DNA of 63,177 nt, filler included, from Collodictyon triciliatum (lineage: Eukaryota), in NCBI GenBank assembly GCA_043381765.1. It is 5 parts of 5 records of this genome, joined end to end, with 100 filler letters (N's around TTAATTAATTAA, not from the genome) between each part and the next. Parts side by side here need not be neighbours in the genome. Positions count along the whole stretch, not along the records: positions 27,712 to 41,450 come from JBHJMP010001934.1; positions 41,551 to 55,277 come from JBHJMP010001935.1; 3 more parts are not named here. One strand, written 5' to 3'. Of this stretch, positions 28,791 to 41,719 are shown one piece after another. Each line of letters begins with the position of its first letter. Within the stretch, counting starts at the first letter, position 1. Under the pieces are notes generated by a model. That model was not told the DNA's origin and did not search any database. It saw only the letters and a list, made by a program, of their open reading frames with translations. The position numbers and the translations under genes were made by a program.

Positions 28791-31700
28791 AGTCTCCAAG
28801 TCTGTGCTCATTGATTTTGATATGTGCCAGTCAACAACTTTTGGTTCTGAGGTGTTCCTATGACCATATCGTTTTCCAAAGTTTTGTCGAACAGATTTCC
28901 TATGGCTTTGAATATCGCAATCCATAGCAATCTCTTCTATCTGCGCTTGTGTGGTATCTCTATTGATAATATTTCTTTGTCCTCTACCTTTGAATTCATC
29001 AATTTTATTTTCTCTCGAAATTGACACAGGGTTGGTCGACCTTTCTATTAGGTATGCGGATGTTGAGGGTATTATATTCCTATGATCTTCAGTCTGTCGA
29101 TCTAGTTTGAGTGTTAAGAGCAGAGTAAACTTGCTGAGATGACGCTTGATAAAAAAAATTTTTTTGTTAACTACAAATAATTAGTATTCAATTACATCGA
29201 TAAATATTGAAAGTAGATTGCCCAACCATAAGAAGTCGGACCTAATTCATCAACGTAAGGTTGTATATACCGCTTGGAACTGTCCTCTAATAAATTTTTG
29301 AGATTTTAAAAATAGAAATTCATCTCCAAAGCTGGTCCTTTGGGTAATATTTTAGAAACATATTCCCTACCCAATTTGCTGCTCTTAAGCCTTTTATTTG
29401 AGGAATTCATCTCAGGGTAGGGCGCCACCTTTAGTTCGGTATTTCTCTGTTGGCGATATTAGCATTAATCATGAAAATAACAATTGCATCGTATTTCTGT
29501 ACATGAATGGGTCTTGTAGTATGAGCGACACGATGTTCAAAGGGCATTGTAGCCTATATTTTAACTCTACGATATTACATTAAATGATCCTTTAGGAGAA
29601 AAGCTATTAAAATATCTATCGAACGGCTTCTTAACTTGGTGATCTATGCGCAGTGATGGCCACAAATTTGGATATTAGAATTGAATATTTGTATAATTGG
29701 ATGAATACATATGATGAACTACCAGTTTAAATATACAAAAGGGGTGCTAATTAATCGCAGTGATATTTATTTTCTCTTACATGAACCAGAAAATTTAGCT
29801 TCATTAACAATTCCATCCAGTATTTCAAATTTCTGGGAAATACTGACCCTGGATATGAAGTAGCAGGCAAATCTATTTGATGTAGTATGTATACTCAAGT
29901 TTTTACTAGAGAAAATGGACAGGCGCACTGACTTTACATTTGATTATCTTAACACAAATACCTTGCTCGCGTGACCCAAAATTTCAATTTCTTCACATGG
30001 GAATTAATCAAAGACTCTATAACCCCGTAAGAACATGTTACGCCTTTTTTTTTTCACCTAAAATCTAAAATGATGTAGAATAAAAAGGTACCTTCACAGT
30101 CAAATATAGGAATCAAAACAACATCAAAGCTTGATCTCTTCATTTTTATCTAAAATGGTGTTAGTTTGTCAATTCAGAACACCAAAATCATTCAAACATT
30201 TTAGATATGGTGAATGGGATTATGATTTCCTTTTTAAAAATATTGCAAATGTAAGCCAACCGGATCATCTATAACAGTCGGGAATTCTCTAATTTTAGAG
30301 AGGACGTTTAATGTGAACTCCTTGTAAGGGGATGCGATGAGAATATCATCAGATACCTGTAGCATAAATCAAGTGAGATTAAAACCAGGCGTGTAGCCTA
30401 ATTTACAGGTCTATGTATCCAAAAATGAAACTTATTAGATAAAGTTTCCATACGTTCAGAGCAGAATCTTTTTCTTTCAAGTATTCGATAAGCATTTTGA
30501 TGAATTCCACAACCAGGGATTCGATTGGTGAACCAATTTGTTTTTCAGTTATCGTGACATCGTTTAAATCCAGATAAGCTATATTTATGGTTAAATTTGC
30601 ATCAAATACCGAAAAATAATTACAAAATATGCGTGGATGCCTTACCAAAAGCTGATAAAAAAGTTCCATAATAGGGCTTAAATAATTGTGACGTCTGAAT
30701 GGTATTTGAATCCAACAAGCAAGACTAGGTATTATTTAAGGGATACTTAGTCTAGAAAAAGAAAATAAATACCATTCTGAAAGATAATTGCCAATAGTTT
30801 ACCTGATAAAATACTCTGGAAACAATTCTTGATATCTTAACATGCATTCGATACCTTCAGATAGGATGCGAAATTTAAAAAAGGAATATTTTTTAAATAA
30901 CAAGAAAATGCACATGTATGAGTAATGTAGAGGAAAACTTTCTCTTACTGTGTAGATAACGTATGACTAGAGTGCAGTGACTCCTATTTTAATATCACGT
31001 TTATTTTAGCTTCTATAAATGCAGTGAATAACAGTTAACTTAAAAGCATACCAATAACCTGGAAAAAAGACTATTTTCACAGTTGGTCCCTTCAAAAGAT
31101 TTTAGCCGAGAATGTTCTATAAATTGATGGTGTTCTCCAATCATAACATAATTAGTTGGGTTACATTGAAGACAGTTCATGGTTCTAATCTCCAGGGCCT
31201 ACAATTGCGAAAAGTTCATATACTGTGATAAAGAAAAAAAAGGATGTATATACCTGTTTAAAAGCAAAAAATGAGGCATTCTTTTATTTACTCAAAGTAA
31301 TACATGCGATGCGTCGTCAGTGATGATTAAGCTGAACTTGTGTGCAGTAAGCAACTCTTCATGGGAACTAATAGAGAAAGAATGAATTTTGGGACATGTC
31401 TATCTTACAAACATTCAAAAGCCCACCAATAATCTAAAGTAGCGCAAATTACACCGGCTTCCTTTAGTAGAGACCGCCTAGTAGCGTTCATTGCTTTTTC
31501 CTTCTGTACACTCAGCAATCAGCACGTCACACATTATTATCCATAAAATTATTTGTATGGTTACTAGAAGTTATTTATGCAGTCTAATAAAGAAAACCTC
31601 AAACGACCAAACTTTAGTTCTAATTTCATCCCTCTGATGGCCTTGTGTGAAAAAAAAAATCAAAAATAAAGAGGAGATTTTGCTAATATGATTTGAATGG

Positions 31701-34700
31701 TCTCTTCCAATAAACAAACTTTTGTATTCAAGAATCTCTTTCAGTTCATTCAATTTTCTTCGGATTTCCTCTGGAGCCCATAAATTTGCCCTCATGAACT
31801 TCGTAATTCAATATATATTGCTATGAGTAAAGATGAAATTTCAAGCGTTGCATATTTATTTCCTGGAGCATAAATTTTACCTCGGCGGACTGCCTCAGCT
31901 TATATCTCTCTATTTCAATCTCTATCCTATTTTTTTTTTAAAAAAAATAAATTAAAAATCGATACATCAGATGACTAATTATAGTTATGAGAATAATCGA
32001 TGTCAAATAATTCACTGTCGAATGATGTTTTTATCCTTTAGACTAACACAATTTTTGATATTTGTTGGCCAATATCAGATAGCATCTTAACAGTGTATTC
32101 ATTCTATAAGGGCGTTAATTTAACTATTACTGTCAAAAAGGTTAAATTGAAAATTAAAAACATGCATTTTCAAGAAAAGCTTATATTTTTATGTAAATAA
32201 ATAATCTGACTAACTGGTTGGATCATTTGGCACTTCTCTTCTGTGACATAATCTATGTGATGAACAATCGCTTCGGAGTTGGTTTTATCTATGTTCCCCT
32301 AAATTGCGTTATTTTATTTTATTTCTCACTTTAAATATACGGATACTTCTTGTCTGAGCAAAAGAAGTCAATAAAATATACGTATTTCAACGCCATGCGC
32401 TTTCCTGTTTCTTTCCAACTCATTTCTTCGTTAATTTGAATTACAATTTCATCGATTGTACTATCATTTGTGGACGTAATCAAAATGAATTCCTGTAAAT
32501 ATTATTGTTCAATGCCAAGCAAATATGATGAAAATGACTTAAACATATGATTACAAAAAAAAAATCAGACTGATAAAGTTATAAAATGAGAAAAACCTTA
32601 GGTGAATCACAAAAATAAGTTCGAACTATTGCAGACACAAGCGTACTTTTTCCCGTTCCTAATTTATGATTAATTTCCATAAAAAAATATTCAAAAAATA
32701 TCCTTACCCGCCGGACCTTGGATAATCGTTATGCCCTTGTCACTGATAGCCGCCTTGATTTTTGAATACGTCATCAGTTAAATATCACTATCATTTGTAA
32801 ATGTAAGGAGGAAAACCATTATTGACATTTGTTGCGTTCTGTCAAATTGGGATAGGTATTTCTTCATGAAGGGTTTCTGAGTAATCTCTTGATATTTCCT
32901 CTCTACAAAAAACAAAGTTTAGATGTTATTTACTCCAAGCTGTAGCTAAAAAAAACTGAATATGTGAACCAAAAACTATCTTACTAAGAAACTGGGAGCT
33001 TACCATGCTCAAACATTTGTAGTTTTGATATATTTGGCTTCAATAATTGCTTCATTAATTTAACTTTGTGAAGCCGATTGAAGACTTTTGCCGCAGACAA
33101 ATGTATTCGCCAATTAAATAGCTGAATATAGGTTGAGAGGAGAGGGTTCAAGACAACTTTATAGAAGTAAAAATGAAGATAGTAGTCATTTAATTTTGAA
33201 ATCAATATGAAAACCTGATAACAATTCCATTTTGTGTTGATAAATGTTTTAATTTCTTCTTCCCTAAAAAAAAAAAGAAAAAAGAAGTAGACGAATTTAT
33301 GATTTAGTGCGTATGAAATTTCTCCGATTTTATCAAAAAGGCATACTCAGCGTTGATAAAAAAATAATTACTCATTGCTGGATTCTTTAGTAAGATATAT
33401 AGACAGGAAGCCCTGTAAATATGAAGAAACTCTATTAATACACACGAATGATTTTTTAAAATTAATTTTTTTTTTCATACATCATCACTGGAGATAGCTG
33501 TGGCGAATGTCCTTTCGGCCAGATTCTCCGTATTCTAGTTTATATGATACTACCTTTCAATAATTCATAAATAGTATAGAATTCAAGAATAAATGAATTG
33601 TATATAGATTACAGAGCTTCTATAAAACTCTGAGAAAGAACCTGCAAAAATAGGCAGTCGCCTTCTTTGAATCGCCGCATCACAGAGATAATCCTACAGC
33701 TCATCTTATAATGACTTTTTGTCGAATTCACCCAGTTTGTGATGAATATGGTTGAAGGATTATCTAAAAAAAAAATTAATGATGATATCGGATTTTAAAT
33801 TGATTCTCAGGTTCAATCACTATTTCATTTTCAAATCATCGATTCCTAACATTTACTCTCAGATTTTAAGTCACTGAAGATATCGACTCGAGCTAGCTCA
33901 AGAACAATAGGAAACATGACCTCAGCGTACTCTTTTGTCGAACTATAGGGGTTGATATGAGCCACTTTTACTGAAAGGAAATGTGGTCTTTCGTCGAATA
34001 AAAATATGCAAATCAAATAAAAATTATTTTAATAAACTCACGCATATTGCTTTTTGCTTGGAATAATTCTTGGTTGTACCTAGATATACAGTAAAATAGG
34101 AAATGTGAATACTCGTCCTCATCATCATATTGATAGAAATAAAATTATTTTGAATTATTTTTACCGGAATTTCTCCAGATTTGATATCGATCGTTTTGGT
34201 GAAAGAAATAAAAAGTTGCTCGTAAATGCGACCAATTTCGATGATTGAACTCGGCCTTTGCTCAATCATTTTCTATTACATCGAATATTTACTTTGTTAG
34301 AATTTTAATGTGATTAAATTGTTTTCGAGTGGATATTTGATATATGGTCCTTAAAAAGTTACTTCGGTTAACTAATGCTAAGAGATATTATTAAGCGATA
34401 GAATGATCAAATACCAAAGCATTTTTTGATGGGAGTGAGTTACTGTATCCTACTTTGGACTCTATGTGACCATTCCAAATGCATAGAATCATTAAAATAT
34501 ACTTAAAAAGAGTTCATGGAGGTAAAAATACAGTTTTAAAGGAAGAAAATTTATCAATTGATTAGATAGTATAAAAGTCTCACCAGAAGCTAGGTCTTTT
34601 GTGGAGCAACTATCAATAAGCCCTGAGAAAATGTGTAAGTGAGGGTAGCGTTAAAACAAAAAGGAAGGAGAGGGGGGCATGTTGGATTTATGGACTATTT

Positions 34701-37700
34701 TCACCTGAATTTGGTTCCATTCCGAGCGAATGTATGTTTCTTTCACATGTAGGCTCAATTAAATCTGTTTTGTAAGGTATTGAATTTCAAAATGTAATTG
34801 AATTTTCAAGTTTATGTTTATAAAAATATGTACTAGTATTTATTTATTTTTAAAAAAACCTTTTGGCCGGTCTACCTAATATGGAAAAATTAACATGTAT
34901 CAAATTAAAAAATATTCATGTACGATGTGGTTTTTCTTGGAAAAGACATAGACTCACAGGCTCGTGAAGGCCTCTTTTGCGGGTAATATTAGTGTCATTC
35001 CAACCAATCTCAGAGAAACCCTGGAAGGGTATAAGCTGATACATATATTATATTTCCATGTTAAATTTCTTCATCGCATACTTTTCACAACTTGACATAG
35101 CATTTTGAGGCAACACGCTTAAAATAATAGTAATAGTAATACACCCCACTTTGCTGGGACCAGGATGCGTGTTTTTTTCGGTCGACATATCTCCAGAGAC
35201 GGAATCATTTGATTCGTGATTAGAATGGCTCCTGTCCTTGTATGAGGTAATCTTGAATCTGCTAATATTGCTTGAAGCATTTTGTAACCCCTAAAATTTT
35301 GGTGCATAGTCGGTTGTTTAATTAGACACTTTTTTTAGAATATTTTGAATTATTGTTATTACAAAAGCCTTGAAATGTAATTACAATAAATCTCAAAGAG
35401 AATCTGGCAATTTTTGAAACTTGCGTCATCTTGTCCTTTCATCTCTGTACTGATTCCAGTTATCCATCCAGGTCCTTTATACTGCTGGAGCATGGCATAT
35501 ATATCAGGGAACTCGGGGCTATCTGATTTTTAAAGTTAATCTTTTTTTGCTTTATTTAATTCAAAGTGATTTATAAAATTAATTTGAAAATGAAAATTTG
35601 CAATAGAAATAACTAAAGGCAAAGTAACAAGAGATAAACATTTTAAGACCGCCTTGCTCAAGGATTCAAGATAAATTGTATCGTCTTCAGGTTTATGAGA
35701 TTTCAATGCTAAATATTGAAACTGTTTATCAAATATGCTCATGAATGAATCCGCCCAAGGTGTAGAAATACAATGCAAACATAAGATACATTTTTTTCAT
35801 TAAAAATACTTGCATTCAAGTATCGTCTGAGCAAACGATTTCCGTTGTATTCTTTCTTTGGAAGGATATGAATTAGCTTCAAGAGAAGGAATCAGAATTC
35901 TCTGGATCCAAAATAATGCTATTTGATATAAAATTATGGTATGAGTAAAATCTTCGACGTCTATTTGATTGATGATTTTGTGACAAATTCTCTTGGGTAA
36001 AAAGATACTCAAAAACAAAATTTCCTTACGGTCATCACATCTAATCGAAGAAAAAGATGTTATTATAACTTTGAGCATGTCGAAAAATGGATTTGGTATA
36101 AAATATATTCCAGCAAGGTTATGTTCCTAAATTTTGATTGTGGATAGAACGATTGATCTATTTAAAATAGTATCTTTTTCTCAAAGAGTACAAAATTAAA
36201 GAAAAAACTAAAATATTTGAGATTAACTTTTAAAGAAAAAAAAAAGGACTCTTCTACCATTTCTTTATTTGTCGAGGCTATTAATCGACCTATTTCTTCT
36301 AGAAAACCATGCGATTCGATTATTTGGTGTGCTGTAGGTTTTGAGAAACGACTTTTAGAACAAATATTATCATTAAATTATTGTAGATATATCATAAAGG
36401 AAACCTGGTATGATGTCAGTCAAACATGTTGATATGTTTTCAAACAAGTTGTTGATGTATTCCGGGTTCCAAAATGATGGATTAAATTCTACATACTAAG
36501 TGAATAATTTGCATGTCATTTTCCAAAAATAAAAAAAAACCTTAAAGCTTATTCACACGTTAAGCGAACAATAGTGTAAGGATACTAAAGTGTGAGAGTG
36601 ATATATCATTTTTTCTAGAGAATATTCCAAATTATAACCTTGGTGATGGCACACAACCCATCCAAGAATATATCACCTCCGCACAAATCGATAGCCTGAA
36701 AGAAAAATGAATGTTAACAATGTTTTGCTGATTTTTCATTACGATAAGAAAATACATATTTCACTATCCCAACGATTGATGTCTGAACTCCTAGCCTATT
36801 ATATGTTTATTTTTAGAAATAATTGAGGAAATAATGCTATGTTTACTACATAAAATTGATATGAGAAATGATTTATTTAAAGCAAAAACTTTTTGAAGCA
36901 TTTTAGAATCGATTGTGTAATGTGGGATGATCGATGCGACAAAAAGCCACAAATGTGCTTGCAAATGGATGGATTTGTCCAGATGTCATCTAAAACTCCG
37001 GTATTACACCACTCTCTCGTAATTTCAAATGTTATATGAAATATTCTAGGTTTTATAAAAAGAAGTATGGTTTAAATTCATATGCTGACAACGATGCCAT
37101 CTGCCCACCATTACGAAAGTAATTACTTTTTCAAATTAATTCGAACCTTTGAACCATATTTGACCAAGAATTAGGTAGTGATACATCATTTATTTTCTGG
37201 TATAGTATCCATTCAGTTAATGTATTCGCCGGTGTAGTTAACGTAAAGCTCCCATTATGTTAAAAAAAAAAAAACACCAACCGAATTTCCGACCACCAGT
37301 TGTTTCAGATTGAGATTCTTTGAAAGAGAGTGAATTTTTATTACAATGACAATCACAAAAAAAAAATATAAAAAATCAGTGCAATATAAAGAGTATACTT
37401 ACAATCAATTGGAGATACAACAGTAACAATGTTTCAATATTATAGACTTCACGAAGGTCACACCCATAGAAGAATAATACGAAGGGCTTTCCATCAAATT
37501 AACATTAATTTGGAAAATAACTCATGTAAAAACTACACTGTTCAATTGATGGGGTCGCTTAGGTATTGCCTAAGTGTTGTAATTTGTAACTAGACGTTTG
37601 TATCTAGGAAAGTACTGAATACCTCGAAAAAAGCGTTTGAGAATTGAATCGCTGATTCCCTTGTCTAAAAGGGCGTCGTTCGGCAGAATATATCGAGTAA

Positions 37701-40700
37701 AATAATATAAAAAAAGGAAGACAGTAGTTCATGAATCAGAGAATCAGCACAAATATACTGCATATATTCCATGCTACCTGTCGTGTTCCATGGGGTGAGG
37801 CAAATTTGTTTTTTATGAAGGCTTTTGGTTTCGTCAACAGTTGGTAAAAATAAATCATTTTAATATCAAGTAAAATACATTTATCCAAGAGCGCACATTC
37901 AATGAAATAATCCATGTTGTTAGAAATTACTCAAGAAGTGATTCAATATAGTGCGGGCGACACCCAGGGCCACTGTAGGAGACTTATCGTTAGAATGAAA
38001 CAAATGACATTCATGGTTTTATTAGTCATACGTAATTTTTGTTCCTTCATCTCATCAAGGTTACTATTGGAGATGCAAAAAATGAATATGAGGAACTCTC
38101 TATTTGAATGCAGCGGTATGACATCATAGAACTCCCTACAAAAAAAAAACCTTTTATAAATGAAAACCAATCAATAGTTTCCCCCTTTTTTTTTCGGGAA
38201 AAGATAAAAGTATAGGAGATAAGCAACTGAAAATATTTGGGGCACCTGTAAAAAGACTCGTTAAGAATTCTTGTGCATAACTCTTTTCGTACATGAGGAC
38301 ACGGAGTTAACTTGTACTATGTATGACAACCAGAAATAATTAAATTGTAAATCAGTTCATATATAGCCACCAAAAGGAGAGGAAGAAATAAAAGGTTCAA
38401 GGGTTACCAAGCAGAATACTCGCTGCAGAACTTTTGGAACTTTTTAACAAAATCAAAATGATGAACCCATCGATTAGTATATTTTGAAAATGATCCAACA
38501 CAAAATATTAAAATCTCGATATAATTATGCCTGACTCTTATAAATTTTATGGTAAGTATTGTGAGAAGAAAACAAATTACAAGTGTTCTTACCATCCACA
38601 GCATGCGTGTTAGAGAATTCGATTATGTCATCCAGGAGCTTTTTTTTGTTGATAAATAAATCAATTATGCCTTGCCTGATTTCAACTTTGAAATGAGAAT
38701 GTAATTTTAAGTTAAAAAGTCAAGCGGTACCTCAAATACAGCAATAACTACGTCATATGATACGTCAGGTACCAGAAAACGGTTCAATAAGGAAACCATT
38801 TCAGGAACGTCAACAGATATGAGTCCCCAAAATTCATTCCCTTGATATGAAAAAGCATATTTAACAGGCGATGAGAATCTTCATGATATTCAAGATATTT
38901 GCAGATGAAATAGAGATTACTGAAGGTGCGGATGGCTGTCAATATAATCTCAAATTTCTATTGAAATTTGAATATCAGTGTTCATGTTTACCTACTATGC
39001 AATTATCGCAACATAACTTTGTTCATTCTTTCTTTTATATTATAGCGTTTAACTTTACTTGTCTAGTGTTCCTTGTATTTCTCTTGAGCTGTGATATTGT
39101 GAATTTGATAATCTTTATGCTTTCATCAGCGACCATCATACTGTATGATAACTGGTAGAAATAAAGCGACAATCCAAACCACAAAGAATGTACATTGGCT
39201 TGAATGTTTTTGAGAATCTGCACATCCTTTTGAATTCTATTTCAATAACAGTTTATTTGGATTATTTTTAGGTTGAATCAAATTATGAATTAATGATAAT
39301 AGAGAGAAATGGTATCTTAGGTTTGAACCTGTCATCGGTGCTTAAGCTTGCAACTCTACCGTCAAAATGTAAATCTATGTATGAATTTTTGAAATTGTAT
39401 AAAAAGCGCTTTTTGTTGTGTAGCATGATTATGACGAATATAATTCAAAGTATGCAAAATACATTCAACGATGAGATGCAAATTCGGCAATTGATGGAAG
39501 GGAATGTCTTGAAACTCTAATGCTTTAGCCAACGCACTGGCAAATAAGCTTGGTATAGTGATAAAGTAGTTATTTTCTTTTCATCCAACCGTACAGATAA
39601 AACGTTAAAATCTGCGTAAAAAAATTTTTTTTTCTTTTCATGGAACTCTGAATCATGCAACTGGGACACAATGAGATATCACACATGTTTCAAGTTACCG
39701 TAAACTTGGCCGGGAAGAGAAAAACATATAGGGGACTGTTCGTTGTACTGATGCAGGGATATCTTGAACAATAATTCCACCTGAGACTAGCTTGGGTATT
39801 ACCTATTTATATAAATAAAAAAACCAAACCATTCAAAGAGATAATTTGAGGCCCATCTGTTCTATCTGTTATTTAATGGCTAAATGATATGGTGACTTTC
39901 AACTTTTTGTTTGCTGTTTGTAGAAGAGAAAAGGGATTCATATAACCGCAAAAAAAAAAAAAAAATACATTCATTAAAGGGTTCAGAATTCTTTCGTCTA
40001 GAAGCCACCCTGGATCTGTTAACGCTTCCAATACAACTTTGCAGTCATTGATAATGATCGGATCTTTTCTGGTATCGACATCTTTCGGGAAGAAAATCAA
40101 GTTATACGTTGAAGGAGAAAATTATATAAAGGATAAACAGTATGGATATATTGTAGATTTTCATCAAATGGCATGAGTAATTTTTACATTCAATCAATTA
40201 AAAGTAACATAACAGGTGTTTTTCTTACTCAGTTGATTCAGTTCAGAGGAAATTCTATCGATTTGCATTTCTATAGCTCCCAAGAACAGCAGGCTGCTTT
40301 CTGGGTGTGCTTGCTCGAAACTGAATCTCCACATATGAAATCTTTGCGAACTTGAAAGGAGAACAAAAAAATGATAGGCAAATTTCGATTCCGTTTTAGC
40401 AAACAAGCGGATTCATGACGAAAAAATATGATAGGTCGGTAGATATATATAAACACATATGTATTTATGCAGGGGCGAAAAAAAGAACAGCATTAACTGA
40501 TGTGGATGGTTAGACATATACAATTGAAGGAAACCATTCAAAGCATCTTGAAATATCAACAAAGGTTGACTGGATCATCTTGTGGATGTTACTGGGTGAT
40601 TTGAATGAGGAATGGCTGGATGTGCTCCTCAGTTTGCACCAATAATGAGCCTTTAGCGATATTGACAAGGAGTGTGAAAAAGGTATACATGGCCCAATTA

Positions 40701-41100
40701 ATGAACGATGCGGATAATCGATGGCAAGAACAAGACGCTGCTCAATATTTCCCAATTTTAATATAGGAAAAGGTAAAAGGAAAAAAGGAAAAAAGGAAAA
40801 AAGGAAAAAAGGAAAAAAGGAAAAAAGGAAAAAGGAAAAAAGAAAAAAAGGAAAAAAGAAAAAAAGGAAAAAAGAAAAAAAGGAAAAAAGGAAAAAAGGA
40901 AAAAAGGAAAAAAGGAAAAAAGGAAAAAGAGAAAAGTGAGAAGTGAAAAAGGATTTTAAACTGTTGCCTGAGTAAGCTGAGTGCAAGAGAATTGAAAGGG
41001 CTATACTATAGAAGGCCATCACCTGGAATAGGCTCTCTGCAGGTGACTCGGTTGGGCCATCTTCATGGTCTTTATTCTCGACAAGGTTCTTGGTTTCCAT
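27712..41100 (-). CDS. Sen1/senataxin-like (UPF1-like SF1B) helicase with a long N-terminal region and a C-terminal GW-repeat tail; 3' end truncated
   Basis: IIQGPAGTGKST (about 32640-32730), LIITDDASH, MIGEHHQF, SLFSRLL, LSTQYRMHVKISRIVSRVFYQ, ILIASPY, LKFWVTRAR; further exons lead to the DAGWETSKPR repeat ORF. The start at 41100 and the single-gene model of the N-terminal exons are inferred. Confidence 0.75.
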
Positions 41101-41450
41101 CCTACCACGACCGAAGTGAGTGGTTTGTTACGAGAAGAAGAAAAAAGAAGAAAAGCGAACCCAGACAACAACGTCCGGCAATAGTGGCCTTTTCCGACCT
41201 TGTGTGAGGTCTATCTGTGGCAACGAACAAAGGACAAAACCTTCGGCTATGAGCTATTCCTTTTTCTCGTCGTTTTGTTGATTGCTATTTGTTGGAGCAA
41301 AGTGGCTGCAACTGCTTTGTGTTTGGGATCTATCTTCTTTTTCTTTTCTTTTTCTTTTACTTTTTCTTTTTCTTTTTCTTTTTCTTTTTCTTTTTCTTTT
41401 TCTTTTTCTTTTTCTTTTTCTTTTTCTTTTTCTTTTTCTTTTTCTTTTTC

Positions 41451-41550
41451 NNNNNNNNNNNNNNNNNNNNNNNNNNNNNNNNNNNNNNNNNNNNTTAATT
41501 AATTAANNNNNNNNNNNNNNNNNNNNNNNNNNNNNNNNNNNNNNNNNNNN
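41451..41550. other. Artificial scaffold linker
   Basis: N44-TTAATTAATTAA-N44. Confidence 0.97.
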
Positions 41551-41719
41551 AAAAAAAAAAAAAAAAAAAGGAGGAGGAGGAGGAGGAGGAGGAGGAGGAG
41601 GAGGGGAGGGCATAAGGAAATAAGCAACTATGTTTTGATTGGTTGGTGGGGTGCTTCTCGTGTCAATAGGAAAGAGTCCAAGATATCGCCACCCGCAGCA
41701 GCTCAGGGCATCACAGGAT

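Noticed and set aside
30738-30746. GTATCCCT U12-like donor on the minus strand
   Set aside because: Falls inside an ordinary GT-AG intron; no exon is needed there
30875-30948. Apparent GT-AA intron in the helicase (reading QFRIL)
   Set aside because: A canonical AG slightly downstream gives the expected QYRMH...FYQ motif
40101-40149. Possible AT-AC intron (ATATCCAT...TCCTTCAAC...AC)
   Set aside because: A single canonical GT-AG intron from about 40214 to 40083 keeps the frame
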